Virus record (IMG/VR): IMGVR_UViG_3300032246_003079
Direction: 5' to 3' (one strand)
DNA: 64,000 bases
DNA from: a virus
Both the position numbers and the translations under genes were made by a program. Each line of letters begins with the position of its first letter. Position 1 is the stretch's first letter. Shown piece after piece: positions 19,476 to 30,094 of the stretch. The notes below the pieces were generated by a model. That model did not search any database, was not told the DNA's origin, and worked only from the letters and a program-made list of their open reading frames with translations.

Positions 19476-20201
19476 ATGATTGATTATATAATTAAAAAAA
19501 TTTTAAAGGAAGCAACTTCTACAAGTACGGGTTCAAGAGGAAGTTACATAGCACCATTAATTCCTGGTGAAAGATATTTCAAACCAAACGTGTTATCACC
19601 ATTTACAGTTTCCGGTTCAAAATACAAAAGTCCTGATTTATCTTATGATTCATATGATGGTAAAATGGAAAGAACTAAAAAACAAATAGGTAAAGAAGAA
19701 AGAATTGCAAATAAAATTTATAACTATATTAAAAATCACCCTAACGCAACATTTAGTGATGAAGACGGTAATATAATTAATCAATATCCCGGTAAAGGTA
19801 AAACGATAGTACCAATTAAAGAATGGGTAGAATTAGATAAAATTACACTTAATGAAGATTTGGCCGTATGGTTTGGTAAAAAGAAAAAACCAAAAGGTTC
19901 ATCTCAACCAAAAGGCCCATGGGTAAATATTTGTAGAAAAGTTGACGGTAAACATCCCCCTTGTGGTAGACCTGATACAAATAAAGGAGCATACCCAAAA
20001 TGTAGAGCTGCTGGAGTTGCAGGTAAAATGAGTGATTCAGAAAAAAGAGCGGCTTGTCAACAAAAAAGAAAGGCGGAGTCCAAAGACACACAAACGGGTA
20101 AAGGTCAAAAACCTATTATGACTTCATACAAACCAAAAAAGAAAAGGACCCAAAATGAGTCCTTAGATATTATTATTAATCGTATATTGAATAATATTTA
20201 A
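19476..20201 (+). CDS. Hypothetical protein with Cys-containing basic C-terminal module
   Basis: N-term IIKKILKE; EDLAVWF...WVNICR...CGR...YPKCR. Confidence 0.7.
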   Translation: MIDYIIKKILKEATSTSTGSRGSYIAPLIPGERYFKPNVLSPFTVSGSKYKSPDLSYDSYDGKMERTKKQIGKEERIANKIYNYIKNHPNATFSDEDGNIINQYPGKGKTIVPIKEWVELDKITLNEDLAVWFGKKKKPKGSSQPKGPWVNICRKVDGKHPPCGRPDTNKGAYPKCRAAGVAGKMSDSEKRAACQQKRKAESKDTQTGKGQKPIMTSYKPKKKRTQNESLDIIINRILNNI

Positions 20202-20650
20202 CAATAAGGTGGTGAACACCTTTTTTTACCGTCTAACCCTTTTACTTTACCTTTACATACTTGGACAGCATGACTATTACTATAAGCTGAGGGGTACACG
20301 TCATACTTTGCCTTTGCAGATGCCTTACCACGGGCACATAATTTAGTTCCGGTTTTTTTTCTTCCCTCCATCATAACCACGTCATCATCCATTTCCATAC
20401 CATCTCTTTCCGTCTCATTCATTAAAAAATCAAAAACTTGGTCCATATTGTTTTTTGCTTCAGCAATATGGTCTTGAGCCCAATCGTGACCATTTTCTAA
20501 AATGTTTTCTATCATAGAATGGTCCATATCTAATAATATTTCACATTGTCTTTTCATTTGTTCTAAATTAGAAAAGAACATATATCTTGAAGAATTTTCT
20601 TCTTGTGTCTCTCTAATTACTTTTTTAATAATATAATCTAAATTTTTCAT
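20198..20650 (-). CDS. Hypothetical protein with YPSAY module
   Basis: N-term IIKKVIRE; AKAKYDVYPSAYSN...VCKG. Confidence 0.7.
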   Translation of the reverse strand: MKNLDYIIKKVIRETQEENSSRYMFFSNLEQMKRQCEILLDMDHSMIENILENGHDWAQDHIAEAKNNMDQVFDFLMNETERDGMEMDDDVVMMEGRKKTGTKLCARGKASAKAKYDVYPSAYSNSHAVQVCKGKVKGLDGKKRCSPPYC

Positions 20651-20654
20651 TTTT

Positions 20655-20837
20655 TTAAGAATTTAATCCGTTAAATCCGCCAATAGTCACCATATTCAAC
20701 TGAACAACAGTTCCTCCTGTAAAATCACTATAATTAGGGTGTGGTGGTTTCACAACAACAACAGAACTCCCTGTTCCTCCTGTTGTACATATATATTCAC
20801 ATATTGTGACTTCGGTATTTGCGCTTGTAGTTGCCAT
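20655..20837 (-). CDS. Small T/G-rich protein, probably structural
   Basis: 60 aa, TATTTAT motif upstream (20846-20852), in operon. Confidence 0.55.
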   Translation of the reverse strand: MATTSANTEVTICEYICTTGGTGSSVVVVKPPHPNYSDFTGGTVVQLNMVTIGGFNGLNS

Positions 20838-20857
20838 TTTATTTTATAAATATACGT

Positions 20858-22339
20858 TTATTTTTTATTTACAATTTGAAACTGTAATTCTCTTTTATAA
20901 GTATCAACATTTCTATCACTTACAACTTTAATATCAACAAAATATTCATTTGGTATTTTATCTGTGGTGTCAAAGATAAAATAAAAACCGTCAGGGACTT
21001 CATTTACTCTTGTCCAATCTTGTACTTGAACTTCAGTACTTGCACCCTCTCTTACATAAATTCTATAATATGCCTCTACTGTTGTTAGTGGTGTATTTGT
21101 GGAATACGCTTGTTTTATTATTACGTTGACTTTTCTTATGTCAGTATTTAATACTTTTTCGTTTTGTCTAATTCCATTAAATTCAAAACCATAAATTTTT
21201 GGTTGTTGAGTTACAGAACCTATTTGGAAGTTTCCATTTTTAGCCAATAATGCAAATTCTAAAGTCACGTTAGATATTGACGTAGAACTTACTGACAATC
21301 CTTTCCAAACATCATAATATAAACAAGGTGTTGTTGATGCTGTTAAATTGTTTATTGAACACTTGTATACTCCTTTGGTTACTTGACAAGTGGATAATCC
21401 TGTGAATCCTGATACTGCAACACCATTTAAATTAAATATATCAACTGTTGGTAAATTGTCTAAATTAACTGCGTTTCCATTTTCATAGACATACAAATAC
21501 AATTCATTATTATTACCTGAATAAAATTTGTTTCTATCATCAATAATTAAATCGTTATAATTGGTTTCTAAAAATGGTTCATAAAAAGTTTGAGTGTGAG
21601 GGGAGAAAAATCCTACCGAATAATTTTCTGTTAAACCACTAATATTTTCAACATCAGGATAAAATGCAATTCCCCATCCTGTGACACCAGTTAATGTACC
21701 ATTTAAAATGTTATTTATTTCATTTGTCATGTTAAATTCAATATCCTCATTACCAAATTCAAAATGTTGTGTTGATACGATTGTCAACGCCGAGTAATTC
21801 AATCCCGTTAAAGAACCAATTTTTGAGTTGGTATTATCATAGATACCATTAACACTCCAACCACTTATCGTTGTTGTTTCAAACCAATTGGAAGGTCTTT
21901 GTGAATATGACCTATCATTTAAGTTTGTTACTTGATAATCGTAGTAATCATATCCAACACCGCTGTCCCAATTTTGAGGAACACCTGATTTTCCTAAAGT
22001 TTTTGGTATTCTAAATAGAACTAAGTCAAAAGATGTTGCTCTTCTTCTTCCTTGTGATGTTGTTGAATTTAAAAGATTTTCATCAAAATATGACGTATTT
22101 GTCATTCTTAAAGTGTGAGTAAAGTTTGTTCCACATCCTGAAGTGATAATTTTATCTGATATTCTTGACTGTAAATCCGTTAAATCTAAGTCAAAAATAT
22201 ATCTACTAAACCCTGTAGGTGCATTCAAATTATCAACACGACCGTAGAACAACTCAACAATAGGGTTTCTACCTGTGTTGGTGTAACTATTTTGTATTAG
22301 AGTATTACTTTTATCGAAATATGACCTGTAAATTGACAT
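20858..22339 (-). CDS. Putative virion structural (baseplate/tail) protein
   Basis: Beta-rich, S/T/N-rich composition; next to gp5-like gene. Confidence 0.55.
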   Translation of the reverse strand: MSIYRSYFDKSNTLIQNSYTNTGRNPIVELFYGRVDNLNAPTGFSRYIFDLDLTDLQSRISDKIITSGCGTNFTHTLRMTNTSYFDENLLNSTTSQGRRRATSFDLVLFRIPKTLGKSGVPQNWDSGVGYDYYDYQVTNLNDRSYSQRPSNWFETTTISGWSVNGIYDNTNSKIGSLTGLNYSALTIVSTQHFEFGNEDIEFNMTNEINNILNGTLTGVTGWGIAFYPDVENISGLTENYSVGFFSPHTQTFYEPFLETNYNDLIIDDRNKFYSGNNNELYLYVYENGNAVNLDNLPTVDIFNLNGVAVSGFTGLSTCQVTKGVYKCSINNLTASTTPCLYYDVWKGLSVSSTSISNVTLEFALLAKNGNFQIGSVTQQPKIYGFEFNGIRQNEKVLNTDIRKVNVIIKQAYSTNTPLTTVEAYYRIYVREGASTEVQVQDWTRVNEVPDGFYFIFDTTDKIPNEYFVDIKVVSDRNVDTYKRELQFQIVNKK

Positions 22340-22362
22340 TAAACTATTTTATATATAAATAG

Positions 22363-23952
22363 TTAGTTAATTCGAATATTACTGTTTAAAACTTTTTGAT
22401 ATGCTTCTAACATTTTTTTGGTCAATTCATCTATACTTGTACCATCATACGAAACTCCTGATGGTGGTAATAATGGGTACGGGTGTACGTGACTAACTAA
22501 AAACCCAACGATTGATTCTAAAAGTTCCAACAATTCTTCTCCTCTAACCATCGATGAGGTTTTAGGTTCTATTTCATCAAAAACTTGTTCAGGACTTATC
22601 CCTCCAACAGAACCAGATAAGGTAATTTTACCCTGTGAATTTTCTGAATCATGTGAAAGTAAATATAACTGAGACGCTCCAATCAACCCGACCGTATTAT
22701 CTATTTCTTCAGTATCGATTGGTGTAAAAACTTCTCTTGATGGTAAAAATGGTAATTCAGGACTAACCTTTCTATCTAATACCAACCCATAACCAGGACT
22801 AATATCTGTTGTAGTTATCAAAACTTTTGATAATAACTGATTCATATTTGTAAAATCAGTTATATTGTTTTGGTCGGGTAATGATTTTATAATATTTCTA
22901 ATTCTTTTTGAAGGTCTATAATAAAAAGGGAATTGTAGTTCGTTACTTGAATTATTATTTGAACCTACATTCGCGTTAGTTGGTATATTTGATATTAAAA
23001 TACTTGGATTATCTTTTAGTGCGACAACTTGGTCTGAAACAAACTTTGCAAAATCATCAACACCTAATGGTGAATCAATTTTTATTATTCTTACTTTAGA
23101 TAAAGTTGTTCCAGTTATTTCTGAGTCCCATTCAAATTGGTTTGTTTTTGTTGATTTTGATTCTTTGTCGGGTAATTGATAAATTGTTACGTCTCCTTGA
23201 AAAACTTGTGGAGCACTTTCAGGGTTATAAACATCATACTCTAAAAGATATTTTATTTGTTGTTCATTTCTTTGTAATCTAATATAAGACTTAGGGTCAC
23301 CATATTTTAATTTATTTGTAAATTTTGATAATTGAACAAACGCCCTATTATCATCATAATCGGGAATTTCGCCTGTTTTAAATGGTTTATGTTTTCCAGC
23401 TCTTAATAATAAATCGTTATTTTTTATTATCATATCAGAAGTTCCTCTACCTCTAATTGATATATCTTCAGGTTCAGGAAATACACCAGCATTATTATTA
23501 TTAGGGTAATTTTTAGAGTATGGGTCTTTGATATTTGGTAAACTCGCTCTTGAGTTAGAATTACCCATATCAGTATGGGTTCTTGAAGACCTATAATCTT
23601 CTTTAAAAATTGTGGTTGGTGATGAGTATGGTCCGACTAAATAAAATCTATTTCTACCTTTAGTTAGTTTATTATTAAAGTAAATAATCATAACTGTCTC
23701 ATCTACTTTTGGAACTTGATTAACAAAATAAGGTAAAAAAGGTAAAAATATAAAAGGGTCCTTTTCACCCCAAGGACCATTTAACGTATTTTTACTGTTT
23801 TCGTCAAACCCTTGCTTTGCCCCTTCCATTGCTTGAATATTTTCTTGTATAGGTTTACATCGTATTCTTCCAAGCATTAATGGGTCTTGATTGTCAACAC
23901 AGACACCAAAAAATATTATTTGACTATCCTGTAGAGGGTCGTTTTCAGGCAT
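22363..23952 (-). CDS. Baseplate hub/central spike protein (gp5/VgrG-like)
   Basis: N-terminal OB-fold signature GVCVDNQDPLMLGRIRC...PKVDE.V; C-terminal HVH motif. Confidence 0.7.
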   Translation of the reverse strand: MPENDPLQDSQIIFFGVCVDNQDPLMLGRIRCKPIQENIQAMEGAKQGFDENSKNTLNGPWGEKDPFIFLPFLPYFVNQVPKVDETVMIIYFNNKLTKGRNRFYLVGPYSSPTTIFKEDYRSSRTHTDMGNSNSRASLPNIKDPYSKNYPNNNNAGVFPEPEDISIRGRGTSDMIIKNNDLLLRAGKHKPFKTGEIPDYDDNRAFVQLSKFTNKLKYGDPKSYIRLQRNEQQIKYLLEYDVYNPESAPQVFQGDVTIYQLPDKESKSTKTNQFEWDSEITGTTLSKVRIIKIDSPLGVDDFAKFVSDQVVALKDNPSILISNIPTNANVGSNNNSSNELQFPFYYRPSKRIRNIIKSLPDQNNITDFTNMNQLLSKVLITTTDISPGYGLVLDRKVSPELPFLPSREVFTPIDTEEIDNTVGLIGASQLYLLSHDSENSQGKITLSGSVGGISPEQVFDEIEPKTSSMVRGEELLELLESIVGFLVSHVHPYPLLPPSGVSYDGTSIDELTKKMLEAYQKVLNSNIRIN

Positions 23953-24173
23953 TATATATTATTTGTTCTCTTATTTATTTCTTCTAAAATTTTGTTATAA
24001 CTATTTTCAGTGGTGTCCAAATGGTGAGTTAATTTGAGTATTAAATCCTTTGTTTTTTCAAAATCTTGATATAAAAATCCCAAAACCTCAATTAATTCTT
24101 TATTGGGTCTTTTTTTATACTCAGATAAAACTTCCAAAACTTTTTCGGATGATATTTTAATATGATTTTCCAA
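23952..24173 (-). CDS. Hypothetical coiled-coil protein
   Basis: 73-aa ORF coupled to neighbours. Confidence 0.65.
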   Translation of the reverse strand: MENHIKISSEKVLEVLSEYKKRPNKELIEVLGFLYQDFEKTKDLILKLTHHLDTTENSYNKILEEINKRTNNI

Positions 24174-26145
24174 CTCCTTTTGATGGTAATGTAATACCTG
24201 CCGGTGTCATAGTCAATGGCGGAATAAAAATTTCCGTTTTCCCATTTTCCGCTTGTTCTTGATTCAATCCCTTTACCATTGACATCATGGACATATTCAT
24301 AAAGTTAGGTCCGCCATCAGGAGCCCCACCTGTGGGTAGACCTTGTTTCTGAAGGTTCTCAATTACATTAGAAAATGCTCTAGTATCAGAAACCCCACCT
24401 AGTAGTGATGACCCTGCCAATATAAATTGGGGTAGTCCTAAGCTTAATTGTGAAAGACCTAAATTTAAAAGTTTCAATATTTCGTCTATAACACTTTTAC
24501 AATTTCTAAAATCCACAACGGCCTGACCAACAACTAATAAAATGTATACTATTGATGCATACATCCTAATTTGTTTATTTTTTGCTTCCTTAACAACCTC
24601 CAATAAAATTGTTTCGACTAAAGCTTTAATTTGTTTTTTTAGTATTTTAAATAATTCTTCAACAAAAATAGATGTAATTTTTTTCATAAAATTCAAAATA
24701 AACTTTTTGAATGTTTTCATGAAGTTTGTTAAATCATCAAATAAGTCATCTAATTTTTCTGATATTTCATTTTTTATTCCTTTAACCATTATTAAAAAAC
24801 CTAACATAACTTTAGGTGATAATATTGTTTTTAAAATCATTCTTGGAAGACCTAAAATAATATTACTTTGAAGTGATGCCAATAAGTTTAAATTTAAACC
24901 AAGACCAGGAACTAAAGATTTCCATTTTGGGTCATTTGCAATATCCTCTAATGACTTTTCAAATTTTTCTATTTTAGAATTATTTGAGTTTTCATTAATA
25001 ATTTCATCTTGAGATTTTCTATCGGCTAAAACATCTATTGGTAATTTAATTCCTTCACAACCTTCAAACTCAACGACACCGTCAATAGTATTATTAACTT
25101 TTTGTTCAATAACCATTAATTCTTGGTTTGTAACATCAAAAAAAGAATCATCAATTTCATCTATATCACTAAGTTTTGATGTTCCTGCGACATCAATTTT
25201 TTTATTTGGGTCTTCGCAAATTCCCATAATTCTTTTTAAAACAGTCATGAATTTGCTCTGTTCCTTTAGTTCGTCACTACTTAAACCTGCAGAAAAATCA
25301 AAAGAACCCGTAAGTAAATTTTTTAAGTTTACTGATAAATTATCAAAAGGCATAATGTCTATACTTGTATAATAGTCTTGTAAAAAATCAGTAACTGACG
25401 TTCTATTATTAGCTTGATTATTTAAGGTCACTTTGAAAAAGTCACCAGTAACTTGTAAGTTGTTTGGACCCAAATAATTCTGGACGTATTGTATATCAAA
25501 AATTTGGGATTGTGATGCTCCTTGATATGTTTGACCATTACCTCCCGTATTATCTTGTGAAAAGGATTGTGATGGGTTTTGTAATCTTTTATAAAGTTGT
25601 TGATTCATTGCATATGGAAATGAACCATTATTTGTAGTATTTTTTTCGTATTGATATTTGAAATCTTCGTCATCAGGTGAATTTTTTAATATTTTAAATA
25701 AATCCACTTGATTAACTTTTATATAAATTGGTTGGTTAGCAACGCTACCATATGATTGTTCTTCAGAGCACCCTATCGTTGAAACTATTTCACTTACTAA
25801 TGTTTCTTGTATTTTTGATTTTGTGTTTGTCGCCGCTTGTAAAAAAACTTTAGTTAAAAGTTTTAAAGATGACCCACCACCACTTGGTAAAGTTGCTTTA
25901 AATAACTCTAAAAGTTGTTCTAACTGACTTTTTATTTCATTTTTTATTTGATTTTTTTTGTCTTGACCGCCTTTTTTTAAATCATTAATTGATTTTTGAA
26001 CTTCGCTTTTTTTCTTATCAGTACTGGCTTTTGTTTTTTCTTTTTGTTGTTTTTTGTCGTCTTCCTTACTTTGTTTTACGGTTTGGTAAGCGCTAATTTT
26101 ACTTTTAGCTTGCGAATAACCTTCATTGATGTCTAAATTTGCCAT
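24157..26145 (-). CDS. Hypothetical protein, possibly tail-associated
   Basis: 662-aa ORF with amphipathic/hydrophobic C-terminal third. Confidence 0.7.
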   Translation of the reverse strand: MANLDINEGYSQAKSKISAYQTVKQSKEDDKKQQKEKTKASTDKKKSEVQKSINDLKKGGQDKKNQIKNEIKSQLEQLLELFKATLPSGGGSSLKLLTKVFLQAATNTKSKIQETLVSEIVSTIGCSEEQSYGSVANQPIYIKVNQVDLFKILKNSPDDEDFKYQYEKNTTNNGSFPYAMNQQLYKRLQNPSQSFSQDNTGGNGQTYQGASQSQIFDIQYVQNYLGPNNLQVTGDFFKVTLNNQANNRTSVTDFLQDYYTSIDIMPFDNLSVNLKNLLTGSFDFSAGLSSDELKEQSKFMTVLKRIMGICEDPNKKIDVAGTSKLSDIDEIDDSFFDVTNQELMVIEQKVNNTIDGVVEFEGCEGIKLPIDVLADRKSQDEIINENSNNSKIEKFEKSLEDIANDPKWKSLVPGLGLNLNLLASLQSNIILGLPRMILKTILSPKVMLGFLIMVKGIKNEISEKLDDLFDDLTNFMKTFKKFILNFMKKITSIFVEELFKILKKQIKALVETILLEVVKEAKNKQIRMYASIVYILLVVGQAVVDFRNCKSVIDEILKLLNLGLSQLSLGLPQFILAGSSLLGGVSDTRAFSNVIENLQKQGLPTGGAPDGGPNFMNMSMMSMVKGLNQEQAENGKTEIFIPPLTMTPAGITLPSKGVGKSY

Positions 26146-26519
26146 TATTTTTCAAGTGTAAAATTATTGTCGTTATTTTGACTAATGTCTTTTTGAATTA
26201 AATTTTGAAGAACAGTTTCGTCCATATCAGACAATGAAAAATTTTCTTCTTTAGAGCTGTTAGATTTTTCCCAAATTGTAGATTGAAGTTTAGAAAGACT
26301 TAACTTTTTTTCAATAGTGTCGTTGATAATTTTTTGTTGTTCTTTTATAACGGGACCAATAACGGTCATATCTTCAGCATCTTTAAGAAGTGCTAACATT
26401 TTATTTTGAATCCTAATAGCCGTTGACCTTTGTTCAACTAATTCGTTGTATATTTCTTGCATTAACCCCAATACTGAATCTTTGTTTAATGCAATTTCTT
26501 TTTTTCTCTTTCTATCCAT
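26145..26519 (-). CDS. Hypothetical helical protein
   Basis: ATG at 26519 follows TATTTAT at 26525-26531. Confidence 0.65.
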   Translation of the reverse strand: MDRKRKKEIALNKDSVLGLMQEIYNELVEQRSTAIRIQNKMLALLKDAEDMTVIGPVIKEQQKIINDTIEKKLSLSKLQSTIWEKSNSSKEENFSLSDMDETVLQNLIQKDISQNNDNNFTLEK

Positions 26520-26539
26520 AATCAATAAATAGATAAATT

Positions 26540-27283
26540 TTAATTATTATTTATTCTTCTAATAGTATTCAAATAAAGAATTTTATATTTTTTTAAATAT
26601 GCTCTTATTTCTTTTGTTGATAAATTTGTCATTTCTCGAAGTGAAAGTAAAACTATATTTTTATTAAACTTATTGTTGTCATTTCCAATAAAAATATTAC
26701 CATAATTTTCAAATAATTCAATCAAGGCGTTTCCGAGTTTAAATTCTCCATCCACCATTGATGTATTTTTAACGTGGTCTCTTAAGTCTTTTAAAAATAT
26801 ATCTATTATTTTTTCAGCATCAATTTTTTCAAACTCTAAATAATAAACCATGTCAGGTCTATTCTCCAATGCTTGTGAAATATCTTCATAAGACACTTTT
26901 CTATTTGTTTCTTTTTGGTCTTTTTGTATTTGACCCATTAAATAGTTCTTACAAATTGTACCAAAATAAGAATATGCTTTTTTGTTTTTGGCCGGTTTAA
27001 ACTTATCAACCTTTGTCATTAAAAAAGAATGTGTATCAGTATGTAAATCTCGATACTCCATATCTTTTCTATAAAGTTTGTATCGTCTTATGATTGATTC
27101 AATCATCTTATCTAACGGTTCTTTAAGAAATTTATTATAAATCTCTTCTTTTTCTATTTGAGTTTCGGCGGTGATATAATCTTTCACCGCCTCTTCCTCT
27201 CTCACATCAAAATAATTTTTACTTTTTTTTTCTGTCTTTTTCTTTTCGTCTAAATGTTCAGGGTTTGATTCCTCTAAAAACAT
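26540..27283 (-). CDS. Late-transcription sigma factor (T4 gp55-like)
   Basis: KNYF near N-terminus; KFKP....AYSYFGTICKNYL region-2 motif. Confidence 0.75.
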   Translation of the reverse strand: MFLEESNPEHLDEKKKTEKKSKNYFDVREEEAVKDYITAETQIEKEEIYNKFLKEPLDKMIESIIRRYKLYRKDMEYRDLHTDTHSFLMTKVDKFKPAKNKKAYSYFGTICKNYLMGQIQKDQKETNRKVSYEDISQALENRPDMVYYLEFEKIDAEKIIDIFLKDLRDHVKNTSMVDGEFKLGNALIELFENYGNIFIGNDNNKFNKNIVLLSLREMTNLSTKEIRAYLKKYKILYLNTIRRINNN

Positions 27284-28095
27284 TATACATTTTGTGGTTC
27301 GTATTTTATGTTCCTATCGGTTGTAAAAAAATGTTCTTTTTTTGCCGACTCAATCCAAAAAGAAACCTCATCATCTGTAATCTTACTTTCCCCATTTTTA
27401 TAATTCCAAAAAATAGAACCTGGTCTTAAATTCATGTGTTTATATCCAATTCTTGGAATTGTCATAATTTTAACAGAATTGTAAGTTAATCTTAATAAAA
27501 ACTCATATACAAAAGTTAATTTCATACTTGATTTAAACCCTCCGTTTTCTTCATAAACTGACTTTTTAATAACAATTCCACTTGATTGAAAATTTTGATA
27601 ATTTAAAAGTGTGTCATTATTTAAGTAACCAATTTCTGAGTTCATACTTACTGCGAATGCGGCTTCATTAGTAAACCCAACAAAAACTCCTTTTTCGTCA
27701 GTATCAACAACAATAGGTAAAAATGCATCAACTTCAGAATATGCTTTACTATATCTATCGAAATTTTTAAACCAAATTGTGGAATATTCATCGTCAAATT
27801 CTAAAATAGAAATCCAAGTACTTTTGGCGTGTTTTACACCAATATTTACTTGAGAACAAAAATCAAATTCATTTTGATTTTCTACCATAGTAACTGTTAG
27901 ACCGCTAAAGTCGTAATTATCTAATTTATTTTTTAATAACTCTTCACCCGAATGAACAATTACTAATTCATTAATAGGTTTGGTTTGTGTTTGAATGGAT
28001 GTAATGGCTCTGTTGAATAAATCTTCAAACATGATATTATTTGCCGAATCAATTGGTAGAATTACCGATACATCTAATTTTTCTAAGTTTTCCAT
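27283..28095 (-). CDS. Glycosyltransferase family 2
   Basis: VSVILP, N.G...A, ILEFDDEY, GGF. Confidence 0.85.
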   Translation of the reverse strand: MENLEKLDVSVILPIDSANNIMFEDLFNRAITSIQTQTKPINELVIVHSGEELLKNKLDNYDFSGLTVTMVENQNEFDFCSQVNIGVKHAKSTWISILEFDDEYSTIWFKNFDRYSKAYSEVDAFLPIVVDTDEKGVFVGFTNEAAFAVSMNSEIGYLNNDTLLNYQNFQSSGIVIKKSVYEENGGFKSSMKLTFVYEFLLRLTYNSVKIMTIPRIGYKHMNLRPGSIFWNYKNGESKITDDEVSFWIESAKKEHFFTTDRNIKYEPQNV

Positions 28096-28099
28096 AATA

Positions 28100-29164
28100 T
28101 TATTTTTCTTCAGTTATTTTTAATTTTTCTAATTGTTGACTAAACATTTCTTTTCTTACGTTGAAATAATCAACAAACAAAGATTCGATTTTATTATCAA
28201 ATGATTCTTTATTTTGATATTTTTCACCTGTTTCAGACATTTTAGTATACAACTCTTCGTTGATGTTGTCTTCTAACCAATTTTGTGCAAAATTTGCTAA
28301 AACGTCGATAATTTCGTTAAAAGAATATGTCCAAATACCGTTATTTTCATTCATCCAATCAGGTTTTAAATTAGGAACCACACCGATTACTGGAGTATTT
28401 GAAATCATGCTTTCGATTGGGAATGTACCAAATCCAGACTCTCTATCGACCCAAACAGAAACAAAAGATTCTTTTAAAAACTTTGAAAAGTCTGTTTGAC
28501 TAATGTTTTTCATGTCTCTAAAAGTAAACCAACGATACTGAGGATATTTCAAATAAAAACTTTTGATAATTTTTGCAGTGTCTCTTGGTTCTCTACAGTG
28601 AATAGAAACAATTGGTTTTGATGGTTTGTCTTTTTTACTGAACGCTTCAGAGATAAGAGGTTCAACAACGTCAACGCTTACATTTTTAAAAACTGATTTG
28701 ATATATTCTTTTTGAAATTCAGAAGTACTAATACTCTTTAAAAATCCATAATTAGCCCATGAAATACCTGGAGGTAAAGTTTCTAACATGTAATCATATG
28801 CTTGACACAACACCAATTTACCACATGGATAATTTTTAAGTTGCTCCATAACGTGCGCGTACAATTCAGGAATAACAACAAAATCTTCAGGTGAAATAGG
28901 AAGATTCTGACCCTCGATTGCAATGTGTTCGATTTCCATATATTCTTTACCTAACCAATCACCAACACCTTGGTAATCTTTTGTTTCGTGAATCATTTTC
29001 ACGTTAAATCCTTTGTTTAACAAGGACATGGCCATTTGATAAATGTAAGAAACGCCAGCTTTTGGGTTTCCTTTAGTGTCTTGAACTAAAAAATAAATTC
29101 TTGCGGTTTTATTTCCAAGCTTTTCGACTGACGTTTCAATTTTTTTAATTTTGTCTAATTCCAT
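28100..29164 (-). CDS. GT-B fold (GT4-like) glycosyltransferase
   Basis: DFVVIPE, SGFGTFPIESM..NTPVIG. Confidence 0.75.
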   Translation of the reverse strand: MELDKIKKIETSVEKLGNKTARIYFLVQDTKGNPKAGVSYIYQMAMSLLNKGFNVKMIHETKDYQGVGDWLGKEYMEIEHIAIEGQNLPISPEDFVVIPELYAHVMEQLKNYPCGKLVLCQAYDYMLETLPPGISWANYGFLKSISTSEFQKEYIKSVFKNVSVDVVEPLISEAFSKKDKPSKPIVSIHCREPRDTAKIIKSFYLKYPQYRWFTFRDMKNISQTDFSKFLKESFVSVWVDRESGFGTFPIESMISNTPVIGVVPNLKPDWMNENNGIWTYSFNEIIDVLANFAQNWLEDNINEELYTKMSETGEKYQNKESFDNKIESLFVDYFNVRKEMFSQQLEKLKITEEK

Positions 29165-29168
29165 TTTA

Positions 29169-29453
29169 TTATAACTTTTTTATTATGTTGTTTATTAGTA
29201 AAGTATTGAATGCGAATTTAAAAGGGATTGATAAATTTTTGGCGCTATGTATACCTAAATTTTCATCAAGTTCTTCTCTTTCGGATAATATAACATCTAC
29301 TAAATTTTTATATACTTCCCATTTTGAAACACTTATATGTGGTTCGTTTTCACCCTCAACTTCAGTTGATTCCAAAGTAGGGACGAACATTGCAATTTTA
29401 TTTTCTATTTCCTGTACGTCGATATAATATCTTTCACCTAAAAATTCTAACAT
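29169..29453 (-). CDS. Hypothetical protein
   Basis: Probable start MLEFLGERYY at 29453. Confidence 0.6.
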   Translation of the reverse strand: MLEFLGERYYIDVQEIENKIAMFVPTLESTEVEGENEPHISVSKWEVYKNLVDVILSEREELDENLGIHSAKNLSIPFKFAFNTLLINNIIKKL

Positions 29454-30094
29454 ATTCCTAATTTTTGTAAACATTCATCTAATTCTTTAAGTGAACTGAT
29501 TTCGTGTTCAGATTTATTTGTTTTGTTGTACTGAGTATTGAACTTGATAACAACTTTGTTTTTTGGATGGTCTTCGATTAAACTTGGATTTGCACTAACT
29601 AAAATATCAACCTCATCCCAAATTGAGTTTATAGTGGTGTCCGAATAAAATTTAACTTTTTCTACTTGACAACCAAACTTTGATAAAAAAAATAATGTGG
29701 CCGGTTTAGATTTACTAATTTCATCAGATACAATTACAATATCATTTGTGCTTCGATATTTTAAATAAATGTCATTTAAGGTATGAAATGTGTGCATCTC
29801 TGAGGATTCAGCGTGACCAAATATTTGCATCGCAAATTCTTGATATAAAAACTCATAAAGCTCATCATCAGATTTAAACTTAAAATGGTTTAACAAATTA
29901 AGACTGTCAATATTACCTAATACCTCATATTCAAACTCTTCTTCTTGTATAATCGATTCAGTATTACCTGACTCATCCAAAATGTAAGTTTTTTCTGTTG
30001 AGTTGTTTTCAATTAAAAACTTTTCATAAGTTTGTTGAATTTTACCCAAAGTATTTCTTAACACACCATTAACCTCAATTCCAATTTTCTTCAT
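29447..30094 (-). CDS. HAD-fold 5'-nucleotidase-like protein with degenerate catalytic motif
   Basis: KIGIEVNGVLRN in place of DxDGV; DILV, YNK C-terminal pattern. Confidence 0.6.
   Translation of the reverse strand: MKKIGIEVNGVLRNTLGKIQQTYEKFLIENNSTEKTYILDESGNTESIIQEEEFEYEVLGNIDSLNLLNHFKFKSDDELYEFLYQEFAMQIFGHAESSEMHTFHTLNDIYLKYRSTNDIVIVSDEISKSKPATLFFLSKFGCQVEKVKFYSDTTINSIWDEVDILVSANPSLIEDHPKNKVVIKFNTQYNKTNKSEHEISSLKELDECLQKLGIC

Noticed and set aside
26145-26519. Terminase small subunit assignment
   Set aside because: Size and helicity fit, but there is no diagnostic motif and it is not adjacent to terL.
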